From: Podarcis cretensis
Taxonomy: Eukaryota
Length of the DNA stretch: 64,000 nucleotides
NCBI GenBank assembly: GCA_951804945.1
Contig: OX638157.1
Coordinates: 58,714,001-58,778,000, forward strand
Direction: 5' to 3'
Shown: one piece after another, positions 1 through 11,960 of the stretch
Layout of the letters: every line of letters begins with the position of its first letter
Numbering within the stretch: the stretch's first letter is position 1
Notes under the pieces: model-generated
Database searches by the model: none
Seen by the model: the letters and a program-made list of their open reading frames with translations, nothing else
Told to the model about the DNA's origin: nothing
Position numbers and translations under genes: made by a program

Positions 1-1191
1 TTAAGGCCTATGCCTTTAAAATGGTAGTTCCACCCACAGGCTGCCTTTAAAAAAGGGAAATCACTGTTGTGAGGTGGAGCTGAGGACCGCACTGCCAACA
101 AAATTATAAGTAGTTGCTTCAGCTTGCTTGGGAACATCTGGAGTCCGGAGGATGATATATAGTAGTAGGTCTCTGTAGCAATTTTAGAGACGTTGAAAGC
201 CAGATTGAGTTACTGGTCTTAGCAGTTATATAGCTCCTAGGATCTTATGTCTATGGAAAGGGATTAATCCTTCCTTTCTGCAGACTTGACGCTGCCACCC
301 AGTGAAATATTTTTGTGAGCTTGTCTGTAATTTGGTGAATCTCTACTTATCACCAGAGATAAGTAAGCGGTTGTGACTATTTTTTGAAATCTAGCATAGC
401 ACTAGGCAGCAACTTGCAAGATATCTTTTCCCGCATAAAACCACGGAGAATTGGAATTCTTAAAGACGACTTGAGAAAATTGGTGAGTGCTTTATATCCT
501 GTGTATCTCAAACTGCGTACTTCAACTGAGGTAGAATATCAACCCATGATTTGGATAAAAATAATTAAAAGTAAGGTAATGATACTGTTTTATTCATTCT
601 ATTTGCACTGATAATTCATATGGCAATGCTGTTTATATCCTGTCATGAAAGCATAGCTATCTCTTTGCTGGTGTTAAATCTTTTCTGAAGTCCTATCAAA
701 TTCAACAGTTCTGTATAACATTAAGATTATAATATACTTTTTCTTGAAATTCATAGCTAGCCATCACTAATTTCAGAAATTCTGCATATTTTAATGTTCT
801 TAATCTTAAACACATTTAAGGCATTTTGCATTTGAGTATGTTCTCTGAGAAAGAGATTTATAAACCATGTTTCCATGTATCTATCAGAAAAACTGAATTG
901 TATTATGAATTGGTATTTTAAGCTTCCAAGGATATTTTGGTGAAAGTAAGATTTTGTGCAAAAAAGATGCCTTCATGTTTGACATGGTAACTACATCAAT
1001 CTGTTTCATCATATTGTCGCATGGAGCACAAAAGAGTACTTCTGAACTTTGAAGTGTCTGCTCAACATGCGAATAGGATTTAGATCCATGGTGTTCTGAA
1101 TCTGGGTAATCTTGAGCTTATCACCATGTCTTAAAGCAAATGTGGAAAACCTGGGTACCTTACAGATGTTGGTACACTCTCATGGGGGGGT

Positions 1192-1380
1192 AGGACCATA
1201 GTTCAGCAACCAGTTTGTATACAGAAAGTCCCATATCCAATCCCTGGCATCTCTAGATAGAGCAGGGAAAGACTGTTGTCCAAAACCTGGAGAGCTACTG
1301 CCAGTCACTGTAGAGTCAGTGCTAAACTAGAAGGACTCAATAGTCTGACTTAGGAACATAAGAGTTGATATAAAACATCT
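1192..1380 (+). mobile_element. Old tRNA-headed squamate SINE (Squam3-like)
   Basis: Degenerate ...CAGAAAGTCCC..AATCCCTGGCATCTC...CCTGGAGAGCTACTGCCAGTC... pattern. Confidence 0.55.
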
Positions 1381-2491
1381 TCCTAGCAGCCTCAGCCACT
1401 GTGTCTGGGGATGAGATGGTGGGAGTTGTGGTCCAACAGCATCTGGGGGCCACCACCCACGTTTGTATAAATATGAATAAGACAAGTATTGCAAAAGGAC
1501 ACCATGAATTTGCAGTGTGGAGGAGGCCCAAGCTAACCACTTCAGCTTTTGTCCCTGGACTTCTCACCCCATAGAAAAGAGAGGGGGGGATATCTAACTG
1601 GTTTTAGAAGTGAGGTAGTTGTTTTCTTGGAGATAAACTCTGAACTGGTGAGTGAGACAAGATGGGGCTTCCTGAAGGAAATCGTTGGAAGAAATCAGAA
1701 CATCCCAACACCAAAAGAAGGACCTGTAAGTAAACCTATACAGCATGGAGTTGTTTCTTAAAGGAAGCCTAAGCAGCCTTCAGCTCTCCCAGATGCAGCA
1801 GGTGCAGAATTTAGAGACTTGGTGTAAAGAAGGCTTGCTGGAGGACTAGCTGGAACTAGCCAAAGAGGTTTATGAGGCAGATGATTTTTTGAGATTGGAT
1901 AGTTTACCCCAATAAGTTTTCAGTGTCTGGGATCAGGTTCTTATTATTGGTATACTTCTAAGAAGGATTAATGTCAAAACCCCATGAGTTATGAGGTCAA
2001 AGTCAACTTGAAAGTTTAAGTTACAAAGATGCCGTGAAGAAAGAGGGATTACTGACAGTTTGTCTAGCAGATCAGTCCTGCTGGTGTGGCATAATATACC
2101 TCAGTTAAGTGACTTATTCAAGGTTTAAAGTTTAGGTCTATAGTTTTGCATAGGGCGCATTATATTGGCGTGGGTTCAGGGGCAACTGGAGGAATAAAGA
2201 AGAGTTCCCTGCAGAATTGACTGTAGATGTGAGAAGTTTTGTAGGTTTGGCATATATAGAGATGATTGCAGTGAAAGACAGGAGACCCTAAGAACCTGTT
2301 CACTGAGAGAGGGTTTGGAAGCTTCCTGTGATCTTCGTGGAAATATGCCTAGAGAACTTTTGAGAAGCAGTAGAAATTGCTACACAAATTGAGTCTTTCT
2401 ACATAGCATCTGGACCAAGAAAAATACTGTCGAGTAATATCCAAAGTGCTGCCAATTTGGTACGCTGGAATTAGTTCACAGGTTAAAATTA

Positions 2492-2763
2492 CCGTATTGG
2501 CCTGAATATAAGCCTCACTTTTTCCCCAAATTCTGACCGTGAAAAGTTAAAGTGCGGCTTAAATTTGCGACCTTACAAAAATTGGCTTTTACGATATCGC
2601 TGCTGAAACAGACATATGGTAAAACAGAACAGGTTAGAGTGCCTGCAGAATTTTAAGGTAGCGGCTTATATTCAGACATTGTCTTTTTTCCTCTCCCCCC
2701 CCCCCCTTGAATTCTAAAGGTGCAGCTCATATTCAGGTGTGGCTTATATTTGGGCCAATATGG
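2492..2763. mobile_element. Tc2/pogo-like MITE
   Basis: TA-CCGTATTGGCCTGAATATAAGCC ... GGCTTATATTTGGGCCAATATGG. Confidence 0.8.
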
Positions 2764-3950
2764 TGGATATTGGTACTTTCTGGCTTCAGTGAACTAATTT
2801 GTAAGGAATCAGGAATACTGATTTTGAAAAGGAGATACACAACTGAAAGTTCATCCAGAAACCACAAACTCCACCACTGTCAGGAGCTGCTGCACTTTGC
2901 CCTAGGTGGCGAACCACTGCAACCTTTTTCGTCAAATGCCTTTTGGGCTGATTACACGCACCCAATCGTACCATTGGATCTTTCCGGGCAAGCTTCCTTT
3001 TCCAGTTGACCCTGCCTTGAGCTACATGGTTTACCTGAGATGTAATGTTTCTGTTCTTTCTCTTTGGTCCTGATTCTTTTAGTGTTCTGCAATTCTTACC
3101 TTCTGACCATCTTGACTCCTGGCACATATTCCAGATCCTGCTTCTTCCATTCTAAGCCTCTAAGCTATTATAGTTCATAAAAAAGACATCTGAGCGTGAA
3201 ACGTGGGCTGTGAACATTTTACTCTGAATCCAGAGTCTCCAACTGCTGACTATTAGCCAAAATCCATATTGATCTCTGTCCTATCACTTATGAAATACTG
3301 CATTTTGATGTGTCCCCCTTCCCAACTAGCTTCAATCTGAATTGAGAAAATGAATGACCTAGCTGCATTTCAAGCTTGCAGTATCCACGCCACTTGAGAA
3401 TACATGATCTGATGGTGTCCACGAATGTGCCAGATTTTGAACAGATCTGATAAAAAATGCCACAAGTACAGGAAGTTAGCTCTTTGAAGCGTGTGCCATT
3501 TAGTGGTTTTAAACCACTGTGGTTTGTGTGGTCACTGCTGCAATTCACTGAACATAGGAGAAGGCCCTTTCTCCTTTGAACCAATATGGAAATAATTGTC
3601 TTTAAGAGCTTCCAAGAGACTCTGGCATGCTTTCAGCTGCAGTTACATAACTATCCAGTATTGTAACAGGCTTCAGCATAACACAGGGACCGAGCAGTCT
3701 GGCCTTGTGTACCAATTCTGATAACCACTTTCTCATGGTGATTAAAATGCTGAGCTTAAACCAGGGGAAAGTGGGTGCAGGTGCCTATTTGCACCATGTT
3801 TGCCGCACAGTTAGCTTTCCCCCAGTTGCTTCTCTCAGCCTAGCCTACCTAACATGGGGGTTGTGATAAAATGGGGAGCAACTCTCATATATAAGTTGCA
3901 TTGAGCTCCTTGGAAGCAGGGTGGGATATAAATGGGGGGGGGATGAATTA

Positions 3951-4192
3951 CCGTATGTTTTGCTCTACAAGACGCACTTTTTCCCTCCTAAAAAGTAAGG
4001 GGAAATGTGTGTGCATCTTATGGAGCGAATGCAGGCTGCACAGCTATCCCAGAAGCCAGAACAGCGAGAGGGATCATTACTTTCACCGCACAGCTTTTCC
4101 TCTTGCTTTTCTGGCTTCTAGGATTCAGAATATTTTTTTGTTTGTTTTCCTCCTCCAAAAACTAGGTGCGTCTTATAGAGCGAAAAATACGG
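3951..4192. mobile_element. Tc2/pogo-like MITE family B (short)
   Basis: TA-CCGTATGTTTTGCTCTACAAGACGCAC ... GTGCGTCTTATAGAGCGAAAAATACGG-TA. Confidence 0.88.
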
Positions 4193-4864
4193 TACTTCCA
4201 AGGCCTTGGTATCATTCTTTCTACAATGCCTCATGGCAGTTGCTGTTCGAGCAATTCAGTCTTGCTATGGCTAACCTTTTTAATCATTTATGGAAAGCAG
4301 GCCCTGCGTTTCTTTCTCCTTTTCATCTTCCCTTACACGTTTTGAAGGATATTTTTGAAATGAGATTGCCTACACTGAGGGGGCTCTCCTGCAAGTGCCT
4401 GTCACTCTTTATCACTTTTAATATGTAGAAATTGCTCGGAGGAATTTCCATCCAGCCTTCTCACGGTCCATAGCATTGTTGGTATTATTGCAAACATCTG
4501 CTCAGAAGTAGGAGCTTTGATCTGGGACTGTTTGCTGAATTCAAGCACGGTGAGGGACAAAGCTGAATCGCTCACTTGGCCATGTGTGGCATGTTAGGAA
4601 AGTTGTGGTGTGTGCTGCCTAATTCCAGGCCCGCTAAAGTCAGTGGCTGCTTGTGAATGTCTGGATTGCAGCCTACGACTGCCATCAAAAGGACATTTGT
4701 TCTGTTGAAATCAATGATGTTTAATTCCAGGTAAGTGCCTCCGGAGGCCACCTTGGTCATACCTGTGCATATCAATCCTAGTGGTGCTACTGTGGCTTTG
4801 CAACATTTTTTCTTCTATATTTATTACAGTAATTTATATCCCACAGAAAACTACTCAAGGCAGG

Positions 4865-5291
4865 TGTAATGGGATAAGGGGTTGCTTGTGCGTAAGCGCT
4901 AAAAGGCTCCCAGTTTTGTAGTTAGTTTTAAACTCTCCCTAACCGGACAGCCATAAGTGCGTGGCTGCCTTAATCACTGGCAGAATCCGTCAGTGGGCGT
5001 TTCCTGAATTTCTTCCAACATAAGAGTTCTTTGACAGAAAGTCTCCTCCTTGATTCCCTGCGCGACAGCTTTCTGCGCAGAGTGGGCGTTCCAAGGGGAG
5101 GTCCTGAGCTCTCACCACTGGTCTTGCTTGAAGCGTCTCTGAGCCTCACCTCCGACGCTGTCTCCTCCTTCCCTCCTTCTTCAGCGGAAACTCTCTCTCT
5201 CCCCCTGCTGGTTCCCTCCTCAGCATCCGAGGGTCTCCCAGCATCCGAGAGCCTCTCCACCACCCTGAGCTCCGATGGCAGTTCCCTGACA
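4865..5291 (-). mobile_element. Solo-LTR-like element, copy 1, containing a conserved ORF
   Basis: TGTAATGGGA...TCCCTGACA termini, flanks gcagg/tcagg (5-bp TSD, 1 mismatch), homologous to 22119-22522. Confidence 0.8.
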
Positions 5292-5791
5292 TCAGGTCTC
5301 AATTTTAAAATATGTAGCGAAAAAATGCAAATAAAACATTGTTAAATATATTAAAATTACAGGAATTTAAAGACATTAGTATTTCGTTTTTTAAAAAGCA
5401 CGTTGGAATAAAACTGTTGCTTTTGCAAGTTATTATACAGCAATGTAATCTTGATGCACGTGCCTCTTTTGCTCCTCACAAGGTCTTTGCAATACCACAC
5501 ACTCAGGGTTTTTGTGCAGCGGCTGGATTGTTTTGCGAGCTGCAGTGCCATGCAGCAACTTTAAGCACTGCACCGACTGTTTGCCTTGTACTGTGTAAAA
5601 GCAAACACATAGTTAAGAGATCATTTGCTTGGGTAAACTTCAGTTATCACTGCCGCTTGTGGGGAAATGATGTCTAAAGTTTGGCTTCCTGTGGCTGCAT
5701 CCTGTACCCGCTTGCTGCATTGAACTCAATGGAAGTTAATTCCGAGAAGGCATGTATAGCATTGTGTAGGTTAGGAGAGTGTCCATTAGAC

Positions 5792-5927
5792 CAGTGTTTC
5801 CCAACCTTGGGCCTCCAGCTCTTTTTGAACTACAATTCCCATCATCCCTGACCACTGGTCTTGCTAGCTAGGGATGATGGGAATTGTAGGCCAAAAACAT
5901 CTGGAGGCCCAAGGTTGGGAAACACTG
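5792..5927. mobile_element. hAT-type palindromic MITE
   Basis: CAGTGTTTCCCAACCTTGG TIRs, perfect 8-bp TSD CATTAGAC. Confidence 0.9.
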
Positions 5928-5935
5928 CATTAGAC

Positions 5936-6062
5936 CATAGAATTATAGAGTTGGAAGGGACCTTGAGGGCTATCTCATCCAACCTGCTTCAATGCAGGAA
6001 AGTTTGGGGCTCAAACCCATGAGCCTGAGATTAAGCGTCTCATGCTCTACCAATTGAGGATA
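5936..6062 (-). mobile_element. tRNA(Lys)-like headed SINE with a CR1-type tail
   Basis: Minus strand reads TTGGTAGAGCATGAGACGCTTAATCTCAGG..., tail CCCTTCCAACTCTATAATTCTATG; a related truncated copy lies at ~7100-7210. Confidence 0.65.
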
Positions 6063-6148
6063 GGATTTCTCTCCCCTCCCAACTTATAGTTATTTCTTGA
6101 TTGCTGTAGAATTACTTCTTTATAAAGGCCAGCCTACTAATAACACAA

Positions 6149-6500
6149 GGGATGCGGGTAGCGCTGTGGGTTAAACCACAGAGCCTAGGACTTGCCGATC
6201 AGAAGGTCGGCAGTTTGAATTCCCTTGATGGGGTGAGCTCCCATTGCTTGGTCCCTGCTCCTGCCAACCTAGCATTTCGAAAGCACGTCAAAGTGCAAGT
6301 AGATAAATAGATACCGCTTCGGCGGGAAGGTAAACGGCGTTTCCGTGCGCTGCTCTGGTTCGCCAGAAGCGGCTTAGTCATGCTGGCCACATGACCCAGA
6401 AGCTGTACGCTGGCTCCCTCGGCCAATAAAGCGAGATGAGCGTCGCAACCCCAGAGTCGGTCACGACTGGATCTAATGGTCAGGGGTCCCTTTACCTTTA
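6149..6500 (+). mobile_element. Sauria SINE, full length
   Basis: tRNA-like head, GCCAACCTAGCA..GTAGATAAATAG core, ACCTTT tail, 12-bp TSD CTAATAACACAA. Confidence 0.92.
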
Positions 6501-7445
6501 CTAATAACACAAATACAGGTCATCAATACAACTGATTGCAGCGATATCCTTGAACGATATGCAACTGATGCATTTGAGAGACACAGGGAGTGTTTCTTTT
6601 CTAGCTCTCTTTAACAATTCAGTTGACAGAATGGATGGAAGTATCAACTATTCTAGACCTACTTTCCCCTCTAAGCAACTATCTGGAAATTGAGCAGGTG
6701 ATGTGCCTACACAAGAAGCCACCTTGAAACTCCTCAGCTCATGCCTTGAGGTTCATGATGGAAGAAAGATGGGATGTAAATTAAAGTGCCTGGAGCACTG
6801 GGCTGATGAGAAGTAAGGCAGGGATGTGGTAGAAATGTGCTGTTTCTTTTTAACCCACTCCCCACATCACATTCCTGCTTCGTATGTGAACTCACGTCTA
6901 CCATTGTTCTACCATGGGGTGTTTGTGACTTAGAGCCTCAGTTCTGAAGCTTTGCTATTCATCACTGCTTTTCGCTGTGGATTCTATCCAAAGACAGTCA
7001 TGTACATACTTGCTGCAGACATTCAGGGCACACACTGCTGAAAACTAGTTCCAGCTTTTCTTATGTAGCACTTGCTGGTTAAAACTTGACACTCTCAGTT
7101 CATAGAATCATAAAATTGTAGAGTTGGAAGGGACCCTGAGGATCATCTAGTCCAGCCCCCTGCAGTGCAGGAATATGCAGCTGTCCCATACGGGAATTGA
7201 ACCTGTAACCAAGCGGGCCATCCAGAGGAATGTCAGTAAAATGCCATAATCCAGATACGGACATCTGTACATGGCGGTAGGCTCCTGTGTAATGCTTCCT
7301 GGAGCAGGAACTGCGTTGTGCATCGGGATGTGAACGCTGTCTGTCAGAACAGCTTTTGCTTCCAGTGGATACATTACACCTGGCCCAAAGACAAGGATAA
7401 ACAACATTTTTCCGTGTATCTTTGAGCTTGGAATGCATAGCTCTA

Positions 7446-7687
7446 CAGTGTTACCTCGGGTTAAGTACTTAATTCATTCCGGAGGTCTGTACTTAATCTG
7501 AAACTGTTCTTAACCTGAAGCACCACTTTAGCTAATGGGGCCTCCTGCTGCCGCCGTGCCTCCGGAGCACGGTTTCTGTTCTCATCCTGAAGCAAAGTTC
7601 TTAACCTGAAGCAATATTTCTGGGTTAGCAGAGTCTGTAACCTGAAGTGTATGTAACCTGAGGCATATGTAACCCAAGGTACCACTG
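7446..7687. mobile_element. Tc1/mariner (Tigger-like) MITE family A
   Basis: TA-CAGTGTTACCTCGGGTTA...GGTACCACTG-TA; paralogs at 40166, 50775 and 58712. Confidence 0.88.
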
Positions 7688-9168
7688 TACTTGACTGAAC
7701 CGATTAAACTGATCAAAACTTCCTTGTTAGATATGCCAAGTTACCAAACTGGCTTTGTGAGTATGTATATAACATATGCCCAGTTTCCACAGGGAAAGAA
7801 GCCAAAGTGACTTCGCCTTTCATGTATAATGGGAAGGACTTATACGAATAGCAAAGCTCCCCCCCCCCTTGTTTGGCAAATAGGTGGGCACGCTCAGTGT
7901 CATCCAATCACCTGTGGCTGCTTTTCCTCCACCCCCTATGAGCAAGCAGCTCCACACCACCTCCCCTTTCTACTTTTAAGGCAGATGTTTAAGTAAAATC
8001 AGTCTGAACCGTTTGCTGCCTACAGATACAGAAATCCATATAATCTGAACATTATTGTTGGGTGAGTAAAGCTTGGGCTGAAAGTAAACCTGTATCGAAG
8101 TAGAAGCTTTGCAGCTTGGAAAACATTCATTGAAATGGTTTGTTGGTAGGAATTAGCAGTTAAGCGTACAAACTATATTGGAAACTATATTGAATGCTTA
8201 AAAGAAATATAGAAACGGGGTGTGGGGAGGAGGATTTTCTTCCTCAGGGAAGTGTCTGAAACTCTGATGGTGCTTTGCTTTTCTCAGTAAACACCTTAAG
8301 GATTCCACTGCTGGAATTTTGCAAAGATACTTATGTGCAGCATAGATGAAAACTGACAAATAATCTTGAAAATGTTTTAGCATAATTGAGCATCTGGGGC
8401 TGTCTTTTCTCCTTCTGCTGTAGCTTAATGGGCAGCTGTTCTAGAGTGATAAGGCTGGAAGGTGCAGGGAGGAGAACGCTTTGCTTTGGGATTCCCAGTG
8501 TGGCACCTGATGACACCAGGACAGCCTCTGGCACACAACCCACTCCCCTTGTACCTGCCAAGGCCTGCTACTTCTCTCAATTTTGCATTTTAAAAATTGA
8601 GGAGGGTTGGGCTTTTATTTTGGGGGTGGCCTGTTTTTTTGCCTGTGTTCCATTTGTTTTCAGTGTGTGTTTTGTCTGGCAGGATTCTGACAATCATCAG
8701 TTTTTCTTCTGTGAAATGGGTACCAATGACAGTTTCTTGGATTTCCTAATGTGTCTCCTGGGCCCAAAAGGCTGGGATCTCCAGGCTTAAGTTTCTAAAA
8801 ACTTTTTTACAAGCTGCAACATGCATGCCGTTGCTATTTTTCCTTCTTTTTCTTTTTTTCATTTTTTAAAAGTTAGAGGAAGAGCCCTGGTGGCAAGTTT
8901 TTTACGAGTCGGTATATCAGAAATGGCAATCGTATTATCAGCAGAAGCTTGCAATAGCAATTGTATTTACCTGCAAAAGTATTGCCTTTCGAAAGCTGTA
9001 AAATGTGATACCCTTCCATACCTGCTGTGTTCAGAACAGATGTTCGAGTACTAGGCATCAGAAATAACTGAATATTTATTGTGACTGTTGTCGTACTTTC
9101 ATAGGACAAGAGAGAAATGCAGCTGCAGCCCTATAAGAGTTATGGGCTAGGACTATCCTACTCTGGAT

Positions 9169-9909
9169 AGTTGAATTAGCTAGAGCATGGTGTTGATAAC
9201 ACCAACTTTGCAAGTTCAATCCCCACAAGGTTTTCAACCTTTTTGAGTCCACAGCTCCCTTAACCAACTACATTCTTTTTGCGGCACCCCTGTGGGGCTC
9301 AGGAGCCCAGTTATGTCACCCCTTTCCTGCAGAACTGGCAGCCCCTCACCCTTTCTTGAACACCCTCCCTTGTGGAGTGTTCCCTCAGCCTCCTCTCCCC
9401 TCTCCTTGGGAGTCCTCTGTGCAGCTGCTGCCACTGTCCCTGGTCTCTGAGCTGCCCTCCTGCCCCAATGAGAGGTGCCTCCTCGCACTGCCCCACAGGG
9501 TCTGGGAATTGTCTGTCCATTCCCAACAGCAAGGCCTGGTGGAGTGGCTGGCTGGGCTCCCTCGCCCGCTTGCTTGCTTACTCCAAGGCCACCTTAGCTC
9601 CTGGCAACCAGCACTCCCCTGGCCAGCCCAGAGTCACCATTCGCCTGGGGAGCCTTTAGCCAGGGCTGCTGCAACAGCTTTGCAATCCTCTGGGAGGCAG
9701 AGACTCAAGAGGGCATGGGGGCAGGGGGAGGAAAAAGGGACAGAGGCCAGTGTTGCCCACAGCACCCCTGACCATCATTCAAGGTGCCCCAGGGTGCCAC
9801 AGCACACTGGTTGAAAACCACAGCCATTTGGGATAGCTGCATATTCCTGCAATGCAGGGTTGGACTTGATGATTCTCAGGGTCCCTTCCAACAAGTCTAT
9901 GATTCTATG
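9169..9909 (+). mobile_element. tRNA-headed/CR1-tailed SINE split by a ~600-bp hAT-like element (9226-9823)
   Basis: Head TAGAGCATGGTGTTGATAACACCAA..GTTCAATCCCC; insert bounded by GGTTTTCAACC/GGTTGAAAACC; tail ...CCCTTCCAAC..GATTCTATG. Confidence 0.7.
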
Positions 9910-9945
9910 GTTGCGAGGGCCCTGTGGATTATAGAACATAAATTG

Positions 9946-10299
9946 GTTTTTTTAAAAAGACTTTTTTTATTAAAAATTAAAACAAAACATATTATCCAGA
10001 AACATATCATCCTTATTTCCCCCCCACCCTCCCACACAAAACCCACCCCCCCACCCCCCGACTTCCCTCAGTTCTAGTATTTGATTTCTCTAAGAATGCT
10101 GTTTTCTGCATGTTACACATGTATAGATCCTCAAACTATTTAGCTGATTATTATCAATAAAAAGTTTGTGAATGTTTATTCAAAGCCAGCCAAGGAGTCC
10201 AGTTCGCTTTGTTATGTCTTCAAATACTTTGTAAAGGGTTCCCATTCATCTTTAAAGTTGCAGTTATCCTTGTCCCATAGCTTATATGTCCCGTAGCTT
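9946..10299 (-). mobile_element. 5'-truncated L1-like LINE 3' end
   Basis: Minus frame TYKLWDKDNCNFKDEWEPFTKYLK resembles an L1/Tx1 ORF2 C-terminus; 3' UTR and A-rich tail; TSD AT(A/G)GAACATAAATTG at 9931-45 and 10331-45. Confidence 0.75.
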
Positions 10300-10330
10300 A
10301 TACTTACCTGGCAGGGGAGACAACTTGATA
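10300..10330 (+). pseudogene. U1 snRNA 5'-end fragment
   Basis: ATACTTACCTGGCAGGGGAGA matches U1 nt 1-21 exactly; partial match continues to about nt 30. Confidence 0.85.
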
Positions 10331-10911
10331 ATGGAACATAAATTGAAGGACGTTAGAGGGTAGAGTTGGTTTTGTTTTTTTAGTTTAGATTGTGAAGGTT
10401 AGAGTAGAAACTCCTATCAAGATACATTAGCAGGAGTAGGAATGCATAGACTAGTGAGATTAAATTTATTGCAAGAGCAGAGGGAGCTCTCATGTGGCAG
10501 AGGCTAGTGGGTGTTGTGAACTTTGTGTAATTTAGATTGGCTGCCTTTGGAACAGCAAAGTAAATGGTGCAATAAAACCTGTCCACAGAAAGCAGGAATA
10601 ATTATGTATTTAAATGAATGAGTAACTACTGACATCCTAATTTTTGTGCAATATGGTATGCTTTGGAAAAGAGGTAACAACTTGGATTTTAAGTTGTTGG
10701 TATTTAGTAGTAGTACAAAAATGTGTTGAACAACATTTTCAGAGTATACCACAGACATATGCAATAGAAGGATGTTCATCTATCATCAAACCAGTTCAAT
10801 GGTTTTTAATTTCAGTTCATAATGCTTTGCAACAGATGTGGTTTGCTAATATATATAAATTTACTGATAACACTTACATACTATTGGCTTTCAAACCATA
10901 GAATGTTAAAA

Positions 10912-11008
10912 CAAAATTTAAAAATTCCTTCCAGTAGCACCTTAGAGACCAACTAAGTTTGTTATTTTGTTTCGGCTACAGCAGACCAACACAACTACCT
11001 ACCTGTAA
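10912..11008. mobile_element. Penelope-like terminal fragment
   Basis: AATTCCTTCCAGTAGCACCTTAGAGACCAACTAAG; TSD CATAGAATGTTAAAA; homologous to 51473-51635. Confidence 0.6.
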
Positions 11009-11584
11009 CATAGAATGTTAAAATACAATAATGATAACAGAATAAAAAGAGTAAACAGATAATGGATTAAAAATTGAATGTTGTTGTTTTTATATAAAAA
11101 ATCAACAGAAAGTTAAATAGCATAGTGACCTAGACAGTATTACTGATATAAAATTCAGAGGATTCATGATTTCACAATTTAAAAGTTTGAATTGGTTTGG
11201 GTTTTTTAAAGTCTGTACCTGGTGCCTAAAATGAAATAAAGTTTATTCTACACCTTGGGACAGGAGCGTATTTTAGCAGCAATTTGTGCAAAATGAATAG
11301 GACTCTGTAGTCAGTGACTCTCTGCTGCAATGTCATGTCGGTGAGCATTGCTGTGCTATGCAGCTTTTTATCTGGTGGATAAAACTGTGTAATTTTTATT
11401 ACATATAAATGGTGGGTGGCATCTGCACAAGTCATGCATTGACTAGACCTATTGGAAATGGGACTTCTACCGTCATTGATCTCATTGGATCTACTCTTGA
11501 CTTAGTCAGATGGCACTCTATGGCAAATTTGGAGGATTGCAAAATGCAGTAATCTCTCTTATTTTTCAGGCTCCTTCATCCAGA

Positions 11585-11960
11585 ATGATAACCTGTGGAC
11601 CAGCCTTCTCGTTCGCCCGGTGCCTCTTGCGGAGAAAAATCGTCACTGTGGACAGCCTTGAAGATAGCAAATTATGCCGCTGTTTATCCACCATGGACCT
11701 TATTGCCCTGGGAGTAGGAAGCACCCTCGGTGCTGGCGTTTACGTCCTAGCTGGAGAGGTTGCAAAAGCAAATTCCGGACCTAGCATTGTTGTTTCTTTC
11801 CTCATAGCAGCCTTGGCTTCCGTGATGGCAGGGCTTTGTTACGCAGAATTTGGTGCTCGCGTTCCAAAGACTGGCTCTGCCTATCTGTATACGTACGTCA
11901 CTGTTGGCGAACTCTGGGCTTTTATCACTGGCTGGAATCTCATTTTGTCTTATGTCATAG
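11585..11960 (+). CDS. SLC7A2: SLC7A2 (cationic amino acid transporter 2) coding exon 1; acceptor AG at 11568-69, ATG at 11585
   Basis: [20 protein letters not shown]...[24 protein letters not shown]...[10 protein letters not shown]; donor GTGAGT at 11961. Spliced CDS totals 1980 nt (659 aa with the 2B exon). Confidence 0.97.

Noticed and set aside
5031-5345. Plus-strand ORFs overlapping the LTR ORFs (also 22253-22525)
   Set aside because: They share third positions with the minus frame, so they look conserved, but the AGR/CGN switches become L/R changes here and the aligned stops are on the minus strand; treated as antisense shadows.
6005-6062. tRNA gene
   Set aside because: Degenerate tRNA-like head joined to a CR1-type tail, i.e. 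a SINE.
10300-10330. Functional U1 snRNA gene
   Set aside because: Only ~30 nt, no remaining stem-loops or Sm site, and embedded in a retroposed insertion.
11510-11584. N-terminal extension MALYGKFGG.. of SLC7A2
   Set aside because: Mostly upstream of a clear polypyrimidine/AG acceptor at 11569, so probably intronic.
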